Under the pieces are notes generated by a model. That model was given only the letters and a program-made list of their open reading frames with translations, was not told where the DNA came from and did not search any database. The translations under genes were made by a program, and so were the position numbers. Shown here piece by piece: positions 45,501-55,917 of a stretch of 64,000 nt of DNA. Each line of letters opens with the position of its first letter. Within the stretch, counting starts at the first letter, position 1. This stretch comes from Thecamonas trahens ATCC 50062 (Eukaryota > Protista > Apusomonadida): the NCBI RefSeq assembly GCF_000142905.1, contig NW_013657674.1, forward strand, positions 342,709 to 406,708, read 5' to 3'.

Positions 45501-47807
45501 AAGGACGCGACGTGCGGTCCAGGGTACACCGGACAGCTGTGCGCAGGGTGTGCGAGTGGGTACTACCAGCTTGGCTCGAGGTGCGTGGCGTGCTCTGGAT
45601 CGCAGGTGGTGTTTGTCACGCTTGTGCTGACCAACATAGTCTTTGCCGGGCTCTTTCTCCTCGCGGTTGTCTCGTTGACGGACGGGCAGCTGAACGTGGC
45701 GACGCAGCTGTTGCTCGCGATTGTGGTTGTGTATTCTGTGGCCAAGACGAATGCGGGAGCGATGGACGGAACGCTTGCCGAGGCTTACCAGGTCCTCTCC
45801 ATTGTTGCGATGGACCTCCGATTTGTGCGACCCGGATGCGAGACAATTCCTGGCTCGTACGTGGCGCTCTTTTACGGGGCTGTGACGATGACCACGCTAC
45901 TCTGCGGGATCATGATAGGCTTACTCTTCACACTGCAATGGATGATGCCGCAGCGCAAGGTGTTTTTCATCGACCGCATGCCGCGGGCACTGCTCATTTT
46001 TGGCATGATGGTGTACATTACGCTGACCACGACATTCTTGGAGGCTGTCCACTGCGTCAAGGTCGGGACGAGCTACGTCCTCTCTGTGGCGCGCGACCTG
46101 AAGTGCTTTGAAGGTGAACACATGCCGATCTTTGTGATTGGCATCGCCGGGCTGCTGCTATTCTCCGTCGGGTTTCCTCTCGGTGTTGCGATCAAGTTGG
46201 CATTGCTCAAGCGATCCGGCTACGTTGACGGCGAGACGATTGGGCTGACGACGCGGGTTTTGGCGCGGTACGGATACTTGTTCGAGCAGTACCGGCCGCC
46301 GATGTACATGTGGGTTCTTGTGCAACTCATGCTTTTTGCGCTGATTGCGACGACGGGTGTCTTACTTCGCGACGAGCCGTGGCTGCTAGCGATTGTGACG
46401 GCTGTGGCGCTAGCAGTCATGGCGGGCCTATACGTAGTGCTCAAGCCTGCAGCAACGCGGTGGAAGAACGTGGTTGCGGCGTGCGCGATGGCATGTGGCG
46501 CAGCGGCGACAATTGCCAACGTTATAGTAGCCGAGCGCCTGGTGAGTAGCGCGGTTTCAGCCGGGTTCTCGCGAACGGTGCTTGTTTTGGCTTTTGCGTT
46601 CCTTGTCGGCGCCGCTGCAGTGTTCTGGCAGAGGCGGAGGAAGAAGCAGCAGGAGGTGTGCGAGCTGCAGACATTTGCCTCGGACTCATCATCGGTAAGC
46701 TCGGACGAAGAGTACATCGAGATGGACGATGAGCGGACGACACTGCCAACAACGCCGACCAAGGACCAGCTGGATCGATCATACGAGCTCAACGATGTGC
46801 TCGCAAAGGCTCGGCAGTTTGGCAAAACGCCGCTCGCATCACCCAAGATGATGCAAGCTGAACTCGTGCGGCGGCGGCTCTCGATCTCGCGAGGCGGCAG
46901 CGGGAGTGGCTCGAACCGAGCGGCGCACCACCAGCCCCACTTTGTGATGGAGGAGAGCCTAGTGCATGAGCCAGAGATGGCCAAGTCGGTGTCGCGGCTA
47001 GCTTTGCGACGGGGCTCACGATCGTCACAGAGCGTTTTAGCCAAGCCGGGCTCGCGGCGAAGCTCGCGACGGACCTCACGATCGTCACAGGGTGATCTGA
47101 CCAAGCCGGTTTCGCGGCGGACCTCGCGACGGACCTCACGATCGTCACAGGGTGATCTGACCAAGCCGGTTTCGCGGCGGACCTCGCGACGGACCTCACG
47201 ATCGTCACAGGGTGATCTGACCAAGCCGGTCTCACGGCGGACCTCACGGCGGATCTCGCCATCGTCGCAGGTTGAGGTGGCCAACGCCCGCCCGCGGCGG
47301 ATCCGGCGCGTGCGGACACGAGTCAGCCTCGATCCCGGACATATCGGCGGAAATCAGACCGAGAGATCCGGTGCTGGCATACGGTCAAAGTCTCTGGCAG
47401 TACTCACCTCCAAGGAACCTGCCTCGCTTGAGTCCTCGCCGGTTGGAGTGAGCAAGTCGCCGCAGTCGCCATCGACGCCCGAGCTGCGGACGCCACGGGG
47501 AATGCTCTTGCAAGCGAGTACCGGCTCGCTCGAGACTGGCGAGAACAGGAACCGCGAGCAGCGGCGACGGCGACGGCGGTCGCAGCGGCGTATCGAGCCG
47601 TTGTCAATGCAGGGCCAGCCGAGACTCGATATATCTGTGGTGAAGACACCATCGGTGTCGTTGGCTGACCTTCACACGATCGACTCGCTCGACTTTGGTC
47701 TTAGTCAAGAGCATGCCTCACCATCAAGGTCGAGCAAGAGCCCCAAAACTAGAGTCCCAATGACTGCGCGCGGCTCTATCTCACTCTCTACTTCGAGTAG
47801 CCACTAA
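42546..47807 (+). CDS. Large surface multipass membrane protein (signal peptide, Sushi/CCP, SPPPP stalk, Ig/Calx-beta-like and IPT-like domains, Cys-rich region, ~9 TM, basic tail)
   Basis: GDTAVYSC...LVG..TRTC (Sushi), LVFDASNWNVFQRV, CP.GAVCPGG..LWP.PGYW, GY.G.LC..C..GYY, RYGYLFEQY. Confidence 0.8.
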   Translation: MLATLLLLGWLSLAGGQSVCSPSWPGNSYGLLPRTSHTQGFVFEYEAPDTMAAATLCGAFFRYTSDPGPIIYAVYESSSSGLASFIKVVPNTAATVTSAGSNKWSVDFPIRWRLNAGKYYAVVLSTDSVGYPFESYVSTLPDSYCSGWAMRFTSGLVGGGSNPPSSLTSLSQSSSYIPGGGITFCPSCLPFPTAPSGGTVVVTSSVDADARMSPGDTAVYSCNAPRNLVGALTRTCGSSASYDFAEPTCVYPSPPPPSPPPPPPSPPPPSPPPPPPSPPPPSPPPPPSPPPPSPPPPPPSPPPPPSPPPPSPPPPSPPPPSPPPPSPPPPSPPPPNPPPPPSPPPSPPPSPPPPSPPPPPPSPPPPSPPPPSPPPPPSPPPPRAPGPVIVQLRAADPDNIDEVLSSGDTLTLVFDRATSKPAVSSTAQLDAAFSIATGTLAPTTLSAGLSSSLSGTWSADGTTLEITMGAPSSLGYPIQIGSTYVTPTGSPAIYTANGWSMASSAPSERMSGSWGSLASTLVVVEATTSRLTHLDGTLALTIDDVVEGRSAELLFQLTKEPSAPVTVDIWLDASSNVPAEASRPPHANIASTTDAGGGGDGVVRLVFDASNWNVFQRVILSGTADQLADEPSAAIELRIGTLQSADAAFASALPSGASIVSRVIDATANGIVITPFELVSPIPAAVLAAEGLPASAHAVVTEAGHASCMQVSIISQPWKTGPEIGSLAKAVVSISGGARVQILRGPWKESFPQAPFRVEAGAGIGAQPSLVLEFVDDGTGAWAEAVNVCVVAVTDDVAGNSADVTVQASVVEAATTSIGHRELGPVTAAIRVASLNWPIVQTSTPQVAAMAGSQVRFVGKSLSSEVTVSVASQLGQVDPRNTSVAGDGSWITVVTPLVESKGYNKVTFREPMVGMSASYYDLFFTDDCPYEGQFGRGTACAPCPTGAVCPGGFRLWPKPGYWTPSEDAGFVVPCAAPATERCVGGKDATCGPGYTGQLCAGCASGYYQLGSRCVACSGSQVVFVTLVLTNIVFAGLFLLAVVSLTDGQLNVATQLLLAIVVVYSVAKTNAGAMDGTLAEAYQVLSIVAMDLRFVRPGCETIPGSYVALFYGAVTMTTLLCGIMIGLLFTLQWMMPQRKVFFIDRMPRALLIFGMMVYITLTTTFLEAVHCVKVGTSYVLSVARDLKCFEGEHMPIFVIGIAGLLLFSVGFPLGVAIKLALLKRSGYVDGETIGLTTRVLARYGYLFEQYRPPMYMWVLVQLMLFALIATTGVLLRDEPWLLAIVTAVALAVMAGLYVVLKPAATRWKNVVAACAMACGAAATIANVIVAERLVSSAVSAGFSRTVLVLAFAFLVGAAAVFWQRRRKKQQEVCELQTFASDSSSVSSDEEYIEMDDERTTLPTTPTKDQLDRSYELNDVLAKARQFGKTPLASPKMMQAELVRRRLSISRGGSGSGSNRAAHHQPHFVMEESLVHEPEMAKSVSRLALRRGSRSSQSVLAKPGSRRSSRRTSRSSQGDLTKPVSRRTSRRTSRSSQGDLTKPVSRRTSRRTSRSSQGDLTKPVSRRTSRRISPSSQVEVANARPRRIRRVRTRVSLDPGHIGGNQTERSGAGIRSKSLAVLTSKEPASLESSPVGVSKSPQSPSTPELRTPRGMLLQASTGSLETGENRNREQRRRRRRSQRRIEPLSMQGQPRLDISVVKTPSVSLADLHTIDSLDFGLSQEHASPSRSSKSPKTRVPMTARGSISLSTSSSH
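43303..43690 (+). repeat. Extensin-like (SPPPP)n coding repeat
   Basis: Over 20 Ser-Pro3-6 units with varied synonymous codons. Confidence 0.95.
47014..47270 (+). repeat. 60-bp coding tandem repeat (~4 copies; SRRTSRRTSRSSQGDLTKPV)
   Basis: Successive 60-nt lines at 47041, 47101 and 47161 are near-identical. Confidence 0.95.
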
Positions 47808-47901
47808 ATTCTGAGGTCACCATCGATCAATCTGCAGGTTACACACGCGTATGTCGTTTGCACGGTGTGGCCAGGTGGCCATCACAACAGTCGACCCTCG
47901 C

Positions 47902-48016
47902 AAACGAACGAACGAACGAACGAACGAACGACCGAACGAATGAACGAACGAAACGAACGAACGAACGAACGAAACGAAACGAACGAACGAACGAACCATC
48001 GAACGAATGAACGAAT
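47902..48016 (+). repeat. (AACG)n microsatellite, copy 1
   Basis: Imperfect AACG array, directly visible. Confidence 0.95.
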
Positions 48017-48432
48017 AGGTCAGTTGGCCACGAGCCACCACCTGGAAGCGAGTACCGGCTCGCTCGAGACTGGCGAGAACAGGAACCGCGAGCAGCGGCG
48101 ACGGCGACGGCGGTCGCAGCGGCGTATCGAGCCGTTGTCAATGCAGGGCCAGCCGAGACTCGATATATCTGTGGTGAAGACACCATCGGTGTCGTTGGCT
48201 GACCTTCACACGATCGACTCGCTCGACATTGGTCTTAGTCAAGAGCATGCCTCACCATCAAGGTCGAGCAAGAGCCCCAAAACTAGAGTCCCAATGACTG
48301 CGCGCGGCTCTATCTCACTCTCTACTTCGAGTAGCCACTAAATTCTGAGGTCACCATCGATCAATCTGCAGGTTACACACGCGTATGTCGTTTGCACGGT
48401 GAGGCCAGGTGGCCATCACAGTCGACCCTCGC

Positions 48433-48546
48433 AAACGAACGAACGAACGAACGAACGAACGACCGAACGAACGAACGAACGAACGAACGAACGAACGAAC
48501 GAAACGAAACGAACGAACGAACGAACCATCGAACGAATGAACGAAT
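48433..48546 (+). repeat. (AACG)n microsatellite, copy 2
   Basis: Same array in the duplicated unit with a different interruption pattern. Confidence 0.95.
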
Positions 48547-48658
48547 AGGTCAGTTGGCCACGAGCCACCACCTGGAGGGAGGGTGGAGGAGCCAGCAGTG
48601 CGGGAGTGGGAGCGAGGAGACGAGAAGAGTGAGCACTCGTCGCCCTCGGTCGTGGTCC

Positions 48659-50176
48659 ATGAACACGCGAGGGCAAGGAGGCGCATCGTACACGTTTGCG
48701 GCTCAGCCGCAGGCTGTGGCACCTGGCCATGGCAGCTCCAAATACCGTCAGCAAGGCGGTGGCGGCCGAGCCCGTCGGGCAGGGCCCATCAACATCATGG
48801 CTGACCCACGGGTCATCCGTGGCAACACCTACGCAGCCCACATCATGCCTGCAGTACGTACAAAGACATCATAGTGCCCACCAGTAGAGCTGTGTCAACC
48901 AGTTGAGCTGGTGTGGGGCGGTGTAACTCTGTCCACGCTCTGGTCCGGCAAGTGGAAGGAAAGGGCGGCGGGGGGGGGGGGGGGGGCGCAACGGTGGCCG
49001 GTGGCCATTGGCCAGCCACTGTCGGCTGCCGGCAAAAATTCCAACGGACGCCCTCGCCCCCCAAGGGAGAACGGGTGAGGGGAAGAGGAGGGGGGGGGGC
49101 ATGGCTTGGCGAAGACTCATGGGTGTGCTGTGCTGTGGGAGGGACGGCAGGATGCGCAACCGGATCCGGCAGAGTTGCAGAGGAAGGCGGCAGAGCGGCG
49201 GAGGCGGAGGCTGAGGCGGCAGCAGCGGGCGCTGGAGAAGGCGCCGCGGACGCCGCCGCCTGTGGAGGGCCGGCTGCATCGGGACATCCAGACGGATTTG
49301 TATTTGGAGGAGATTACGGAGCAGGCTGTGGAGAAGGACGCGGCTGTGCAGACGGATCAGTTCCTGGACCGGCCACCGTCGCCGGTGTTTGTACCCAAGA
49401 AGCTCGGGACAGACGTGGCGACGCAGATCTACGAGGGCGACTTGTTCCACTTTGACGTGGAGGTGCAACCGATTCTGGAGGTGATTGTGGGCAAGACGCT
49501 GCAGCAAGCGCTGATGGAGGTGATGCAGGAGGAAGAGATTGAGAACATGCGGGCGCACCAGCGCGAGTTCCAGCAGCTTCGCGACGCCGAGCTTGCCGAG
49601 ACCCAGCGGCTGGAGGAGGCTGAGCGGCGGCGGCACGAGGAGAAGGAGCGCCGTCTGCAGCAGGAGCGAGTGCGGATTCAGATGGAGAAGGAGGCGCGTG
49701 ACAAGGTGGCGGCGCGGGCGTACGCGCAGAGCTACGTGGCAGACCTTGTGGGCAACGTGTTTGGCTCGCTCGGCGAGACCGGGTTCTTTTACGACGAGAT
49801 CGAGCGTGACGTCGAGACCGCGTTTATGCCGTGGCTCATGGAGCGCGTCGGGAGCAACGTGGGCCGGCTGGGCCAGGCGCAGGCGCTGCTCGACGCAGTC
49901 ATTGCCGGCGCCGTCTCGAAGCACGACCTGCTGCGCGAACAGCACGAGGCTGCCCGTGCCGCTGCTGCCGAGCGAGCCGCCGCCGCTGCCGCCGCAGAGG
50001 CTGCTGCTGCAGAGGCTGCCGCCGCTGCTGCCGCCGCCGCCGCCGTTGCCACGGGCGAGGAGCCTGCGGCGGGCGAGGGTGGTGACGAGTACGAGGGCTC
50101 CAACTACGACGAAGGCGAAGCTGGGTACGATGATGGCTACTATGACTCGAACTATGGCTCATCGTCAGACTACTAA
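48659..50176 (+). CDS. RSPH3: Radial spoke protein 3; exons 48659-48853, 49151-50176
   Basis: NIMADPRVIRGNTYA, TPPPVEGR.H..IQTD.YLEE, DRPPSP.FVP.K.G.DVATQI..GDLF.FD.EV.PILEV.VGKT. Confidence 0.95.
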
Positions 50177-50351
50177 ACGTGCGTGTGAAGTGAAGAAGTG
50201 GCACGTCATCTGCTTTTGTGGCATGCCGCCATCGGCTTGCCGAGGTGGCTTGCCGCGGTGGCCGGCAGGCTCTGGCACCTGTCACGCGTTTGCCGGCAGG
50301 GTTCGGGACAGGGCGGGCGGGTAGAGCAGGAGCAGGGGCAGGGGAAAGAGC

Positions 50352-51461
50352 ATGGCGTCTTTAGACACTGTTGCAGCTATAGCTTGTGTATGTGGGCTTT
50401 TGTCTGTGGCCGGGTGTGTGGTGAACCTCCTCGCCTTTGGCGTGGTGGTGCGGAGAAGGTCGCCGACGTCGCGGTTGCTGGTGGCGCTGACGGCGGCTGA
50501 TCTGGGCCAGGCTGTGTTCTTTGCACTCGCACCTCTGCAGCTGCAGCGGCATCCGGACACGGTGGCGTGCACCATTCAAGCTGCAGCCGGCATGTTGACC
50601 GCCTGTGCCTCTTTTCTTTGGACTCTCTGCATCGCAGGCTACGTGTTCTGGGTGGCCAAGGCGGCAGGCTCGGCCACGGCTTCAAACTCGGCCCGCAGAT
50701 CCGTCGTCGTCTTCTCCCACATCGTCTCGTGGGGTTATCCAGCGCTCTTTCTCGTCGCTCTCTTTGTGGCTCATCCGCACATGGTCTTTGCCGATCCAGT
50801 CGTTCCGTGGTGCTTCATCCCGCGGAGCCACCCGTTCTGGCGCATGGCCTCGGTCTACTTTCCGCTTGTTGTCTGCTGGCTGGCGACGGCGGTGCTGTAC
50901 TGCGCGGCGCGGGCCCAGCTCCGCGCGCGAGTCCATCGTAATCAACACTACGCCAAGTTTGCCGCCATTCCGCTCGGCTTTATTGTCCTGCGGGTGTGGG
51001 GCATGGCTTTTCGTCTTGCCGAGTTCTCTGCGTCCGAGCCAGCAACGTCGCCGCAGACCGAATGGCTGCTGTATCTCACCGTGATCGGCGACCCGCTGCA
51101 GGGCGCGTACAACTGTGTGGTCTTTGTCCTCGCCTCTCCGCCAGTCCGGGCAGCGCTCGTCGACTACGCCAGGACCGGCAAGGTCTCGCAAGTCAACAAC
51201 GAGGTTGGCAGCTCGACACTGGCCACACCCAAGTCTGCGCTCCTCTCGCCAACTCCATCGCTCCGGCGGTCGCGCCTCCGCTCCGGTCCGGGCTCACCGC
51301 CGATAGGCCTCGCCCCTGGCCGCACGGCAGGCTCGGGCACCATCTCAAGCTCTCCCACCGGCTACCGCATCATCGCAAAATCCCCTGGCAGCGGCAGTGG
51401 CAGTGGCAGCAGTCCAGATGGGGCTTGTAGAGGTCTGGGCGTGGAGAGGGAGGGCGTGTAG
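50352..51461 (+). CDS. 7TM GPCR, cAMP-receptor-like/GPR157/GCR1 type
   Basis: LS..GC, L..ADL, C..QA, ASFLWT.CIA, SWG.P, WC.I, IPL.F..LR.W, GDP.QG..N...F. Confidence 0.85.
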   Translation: MASLDTVAAIACVCGLLSVAGCVVNLLAFGVVVRRRSPTSRLLVALTAADLGQAVFFALAPLQLQRHPDTVACTIQAAAGMLTACASFLWTLCIAGYVFWVAKAAGSATASNSARRSVVVFSHIVSWGYPALFLVALFVAHPHMVFADPVVPWCFIPRSHPFWRMASVYFPLVVCWLATAVLYCAARAQLRARVHRNQHYAKFAAIPLGFIVLRVWGMAFRLAEFSASEPATSPQTEWLLYLTVIGDPLQGAYNCVVFVLASPPVRAALVDYARTGKVSQVNNEVGSSTLATPKSALLSPTPSLRRSRLRSGPGSPPIGLAPGRTAGSGTISSSPTGYRIIAKSPGSGSGSGSSPDGACRGLGVEREGV

Positions 51462-51981
51462 CCGAAACGAAATATCCCGGTGGAAATGGGGACAGAGGTG
51501 GAGGTGATGGTCCGTGGCTCCCGCAGCTGCAGCTGGAGCCGTGGAGGTGAAAGGCAGATAGGCAACTCGTGTCTTGCCCAGCGAGGCGAGACCAGTTGGC
51601 AGTGGAACAGTAGAGCGAGTCTGCGCGCGTGTGTTGTGTGCTGCGTGTGCGCGAGAGCGAGTGCTACAGACGGTACGGCAGCTCCAGCCACGAGCAGCAG
51701 AAGCAGCCCGAGCAGCAGCAGCAGCGGCGGCGGCATCGGCTGGCCTTGGGCGGGGCAACGAGAGAGACGGCTCGAGGTGAACTCGCTGGTGCTAGCAGAC
51801 GCTGGTCCGTCCATAGACTCTGTTCTGTGCTGAGTTACGGGCTGGTTGTGTCCTTTGGCGTTGTGCCTGGTGCTGGTCACGGACGGCAAACAAGACCAAA
51901 GCGACGGACCTGTGAGAGCAAGGGCGACGGCTTTGACGGCAAGGGGCTGATCTTCAGCGGATTGCAACCGTTTCAGTCTTG

Positions 51982-53163
51982 ATGGTCTCCCCCGACTCGG
52001 TTTGGGGCGTGGGAACGCCGGACGTGCTGAACGCACTGTATGTGGGCGCGGCTGCTGGCGATGTGATGGCGGTGGCGTATGCGCTGGTGGTGGGCAGACG
52101 GATGGCCCAGCTGGAGGATGACATGCCGTGGCATGTACTTCGCTTTGTGGGTGACTTTGTGGTTGCACTCCTCGCGCACCTGGTGTGGTTGGCTGTGACG
52201 GTAGACGCGTTCCAGATCCGGACCGGGGTGCCGGATGGCAGCTGGGTCGAGGTCCTGTACGGGACGGCGGTGGGGAGCGGCCTGCTGAGCTACGCAGGGC
52301 TGTTTGCAATGTGTCGGGCCCCGCTTGAGGTGTGGCTTCATTTATACACGCTGCACACGGGTGACCACTTCCGGACGGCGTGCACTCCGCTGGACACGAT
52401 CAACACTGCCAAGGTCTTGCTCAACGTGTGGAGCGCGGTTATGGTGGTGTTGGCGGTGGGCGGCGGGATCGCGGCCGGGCACGCGTTTCCGGCCGCAGGC
52501 ACGGCCAACGCCCTCCTTGTGGTGGTGGTGGTGGTCGGCGCAGTCGGCATTGCCATGCTGTATGTGGTGCTGGCGCGGGTTAGGCGGCGCAACATTGCGT
52601 CGAGCACCCGGTTTCGGCTCCAGCCTTTCTCCAACGCACTACTGAAGCTGCCGGGGTTGGTGGCGATGTGTGGGGTGAGCTGGATCGGATGGGCGGTGGC
52701 ATCGCGGGCAGGCTATCCGCACCGGCCAAGCATCAGCGTGGCGGCGTCGGAGGTGATGGAGGGGCGAGGCAGCGTTGAGCCGTTTGGCATCGACGTCTTG
52801 CAGCTTGTTTTCCACCTAGCGACCGGGATAGCCATTCCTGCGGCGGCTGTGCTCCTGCTGCGGCGGATTGCACGAGCGGTGGCTACGCAAAAGGCGTTCA
52901 ACGCCGGCGGGGCGGCGTACCCAATGGGCGGCGGCGGGTCGTGGTCGTTTCCGGCCGGCTCGGCGTCGAAGTCGCGATACGAGTACTTTGAAGAAGACGA
53001 TGACGACGACGACGAGTCTCGCGAGTCGGGCGACGGCTCGGGTGACGGCTCATGCGAGCTCTCGTTTGAGGGAGGTGAGAGCGATGACGACGGCGGTCGG
53101 ACACGCCTGCATTTGCCGGACTCGTCATCATCATCATCGAGCTACGACGGCTACTCGAGCTGA
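51982..53163 (+). CDS. Hypothetical multipass membrane protein with acidic tail (5' end uncertain)
   Basis: Long ORF with about 7 hydrophobic segments. Confidence 0.55.
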   Translation: MVSPDSVWGVGTPDVLNALYVGAAAGDVMAVAYALVVGRRMAQLEDDMPWHVLRFVGDFVVALLAHLVWLAVTVDAFQIRTGVPDGSWVEVLYGTAVGSGLLSYAGLFAMCRAPLEVWLHLYTLHTGDHFRTACTPLDTINTAKVLLNVWSAVMVVLAVGGGIAAGHAFPAAGTANALLVVVVVVGAVGIAMLYVVLARVRRRNIASSTRFRLQPFSNALLKLPGLVAMCGVSWIGWAVASRAGYPHRPSISVAASEVMEGRGSVEPFGIDVLQLVFHLATGIAIPAAAVLLLRRIARAVATQKAFNAGGAAYPMGGGGSWSFPAGSASKSRYEYFEEDDDDDDESRESGDGSGDGSCELSFEGGESDDDGGRTRLHLPDSSSSSSSYDGYSS

Positions 53164-53263
53164 CAAGAGCGAGCAGGAGGAGAGGGGCGACCTTGCTGGC
53201 TTTTACATTCACACATATGTGACACACATGTGGCCCAAGAGACGGGTCCAATCGGACGGATGC

Positions 53264-54547
53264 CTACTCGGCGTCCTTGCCGGACTTTGCGCTGCTCGAG
53301 GCGTCGGTGGCGGCGGCCGAGGCAGCGGCAGCCGACTTTGCGGCGGCAGCGTCGGCGGCATCGAGCTCTTCATCGGCCTTTTGCTCCGCAGACTTGGTAA
53401 AGATCTTGTTGTTGAGCAGGTTGTGGAGGGCAAGGACGGAGCGGATGAGGGCAGCGAGGTAGAGGACAACCATGTTGTCGTTGGTCTTGACGGCAAAGGC
53501 CTTGACCATGCCCTCGGACGAGATGTTGGGCAGGAGGTTGAAGACGTCCTGAATCTGGGCGACGATCTCGTGGTTGACCGGAAGCACGCCGTTGACCACG
53601 TTTTCGAGGTACTTCTGCATGGCGCGAAGGCGCTCGCCGAGTCCGCGCAGGCCGTTAAGCTTGTGCTTGACCTCGTTGGAGAGGGTCGAGAGAGTCGAGT
53701 CGTTGATGTCGCGGAGCAGGTGCTCGACGCCGACCTCTTCGGCCTCTTCGGCGCCAATGTCCGAGGCGATGTGGCGGAAGGTCTTGCGCGGCTCCGAGCC
53801 GTCCTCGGGAATCTCCTCCACAGCGTAATACGCCTCGGTGGGGAGACCCGACTCGCGGGGTGGACGTCGATGATAGTCAGGACCGGGTCGCGGACGTAGC
53901 CGCGGAAGATCTCGTTGATGGCGAGGTCAGACTCGCGGATCTTGGGGCCCGAGTGGTACCAGCCGACGATCTTCTCCTTGGCTGCAACCTTCTTGAACAT
54001 CCCGAACATGCGCTCGAGAAAGTCATGGTTGAGGTAGAAGATGCCCGGGTTCTTGGAGTTCTCGTCAAACGGCACTGTCCCCCGCACCGCCCAAATTACA
54101 CACAATCCCAACCATGTCGGTTAGTTGCCCCGCGCCCGCCAGCCCGTCAGCCCGCCAGCCCGCCAGCCCGCCAGCCCGCCAGCCCGCCAGCCCGCCAGCC
54201 CGCCAGCCCACCGTCAGGTCGCCGTCGTCACCCATCGTGAGTCCCGCGCCTTACCCACCCTTCCCCCCCCCCCCTCTCCTTTCCTCCCACAGCACCACAA
54301 CTACAACTACAACTACCACAAGCATAACCACATGGTTGCACTCTCTCTTCTCACTGACAGCAGCTGGAGAAGCTCTTCACGTACCAGCGAACGAGTTGGT
54401 AACGTCGATGCGGCCGTCCTTGTACTTTTCGCCAAGGAGGACACCGACGACCCGCTTGTTGCGAGAACCCGAGGCGACGCGGTTGTAGTGGTCCACAACA
54501 GAGAGGAGGACCACAGGGTGAACTGTCACAGACGTAGGAGCTTGCAT
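53264..54547 (-). CDS. PSMD7: 26S proteasome lid subunit Rpn8; exons 54547-54385, 54074-53264; 1-nt deletion at 53857-53860
   Basis: [64 protein letters not shown]. Confidence 0.96.
54134..54209 (+). repeat. (GCCCGCCA)n 8-bp tandem repeat inside the Rpn8 intron
   Basis: About 9 consecutive units visible. Confidence 0.9.
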
Positions 54548-54822
54548 CCCCACTATCTGTTGTAAAGGGTTCTGTGGGTGGATGAGGGGTGGGGTGGGGT
54601 GGGGTGGGGTGGAGTGGGGAGGTACGCCGCAATGGAAGAGCGGCAGTGCCACAGGTCGCAGAGGCGGGGAGGAGGGAGGGGAGGGGGCTTTCGGATGGGG
54701 TGTGGATAATATAGGTGACATCAGTGGATAGCCATGACGGAAAGTGAAAATGGATGGTACTCTGATCATGGTGGGGATGTGATCAAGTCTGTGGTTGGCA
54801 TGGCTGGCCTAGGGGGATGCGG

Positions 54823-55058
54823 NNNNNNNNNNNNNNNNNNNNNNNNNNNNNNNNNNNNNNNNNNNNNNNNNNNNNNNNNNNNNNNNNNNNNNNNNNNNNN
54901 NNNNNNNNNNNNNNNNNNNNNNNNNNNNNNNNNNNNNNNNNNNNNNNNNNNNNNNNNNNNNNNNNNNNNNNNNNNNNNNNNNNNNNNNNNNNNNNNNNNN
55001 NNNNNNNNNNNNNNNNNNNNNNNNNNNNNNNNNNNNNNNNNNNNNNNNNNNNNNNNNN
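54823..55058. other. Assembly gap (N run)
   Basis: Run of N characters. Confidence 1.
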
Positions 55059-55180
55059 GGGGAGGGGGGGCTGGTCACCACCACACACACACACACACCC
55101 CAAACACGCTAACGCACACACACCTGGACACTCGACACAGCGACTGCTACAGACCCGCATCTGGACAAACAGAGGCTGTT

Positions 55181-55791
55181 ATGGGTGACTACGAGTTTCC
55201 TCGGTTCTACTCGTTCCCGCCATTCTTCACGTACGCTCCCCTTCCCCCACCCCCCCCTCCCTCTCCACCCCTGCGTCACTGTCCTCACACCTGCTCCACA
55301 GACTACAGCCGAATGAAGAGACACGGGCGAACCAGGTCTCGGCCTGGCGGAACTTTATCCTTGGCTATTGCGCGGCACACAACGTGAGCCAGCTGGAGAT
55401 CCAGTCGGCGCTCGACTCGCCGCTCTGCCACAACGCCGCCATCGACCGCAAGCTCTCCGAGGACGCGCTGCGACTGTTCATCGACGATCTCGTTGCCACA
55501 CGCAACGCAGAGTGGCTAACCTCTGACCACACAACGGCACTGATCATGCCGGCCACTCCTGATGAGGTAGCCGCCGCCATCTACGATTGGATCGACACCA
55601 CCGGCCAGATCGGCGACGTCCTCACCGTCTACGAGTTGCACTCGGGCGACACCACCGTGGGAACTTCGTTCCACGGCCTTGATGCTGTCCTCATCAACCG
55701 CGCCCTCGACGTGCTCGCCAGCCAGGGCAAGGCCAAGGTGTTCTCGGCCTCATCGCCCGAAGACGCAGGCGTCAAGTTCTTCCCTGCATAG
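55181..55791 (+). CDS. VPS25: ESCRT-II subunit Vps25; exons 55181-55230, 55302-55791
   Basis: YSFPPFFTLQPN..T...Q...W, N..I.RKLS, V.T.YEL..GD, GVKFF. Confidence 0.95.
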
Positions 55792-55917
55792 TAGTAGTAA
55801 CAGCATTAGCAGTACCAGTCGCCAACTAACTGACCGGCCTGCAGTGCCATGCAAGCTTGTAGCTGGCTAGCCTGCAAGCAAGCAAGCGGCAGGGTGGGGG
55901 AAACAGCAAAAAAATCA

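Larger units (their letters stand above)
47513..48576 (+). repeat. ~530-bp direct tandem duplication (47513-48046 / 48047-48576) of the 3' end of the upstream gene plus its 3' flank
   Basis: Both copies start AGCGAGTACCGG and end CCACCACCTGGA, with a few substitutions and indels. Confidence 0.95.

Noticed and set aside
47014-47270. 60-bp repeats as a CRISPR array
   Set aside because: Contiguous in-frame coding repeats with no unique spacers and no cas genes, in a eukaryotic context.
47902-48546. (AACG)n arrays as telomeric repeats or a TNER-repeat protein
   Set aside because: Internal, imperfect tetranucleotide microsatellite in a 3' flank; the ORFs through it are low-complexity.
36626-54547. 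PSMA5 and Rpn8 as a proteasome gene cluster
   Set aside because: About 15 kb apart with unrelated genes between them; compatible with chance.
54734-55188. ORFs spanning the N gap
   Set aside because: Artefacts of unknown bases.
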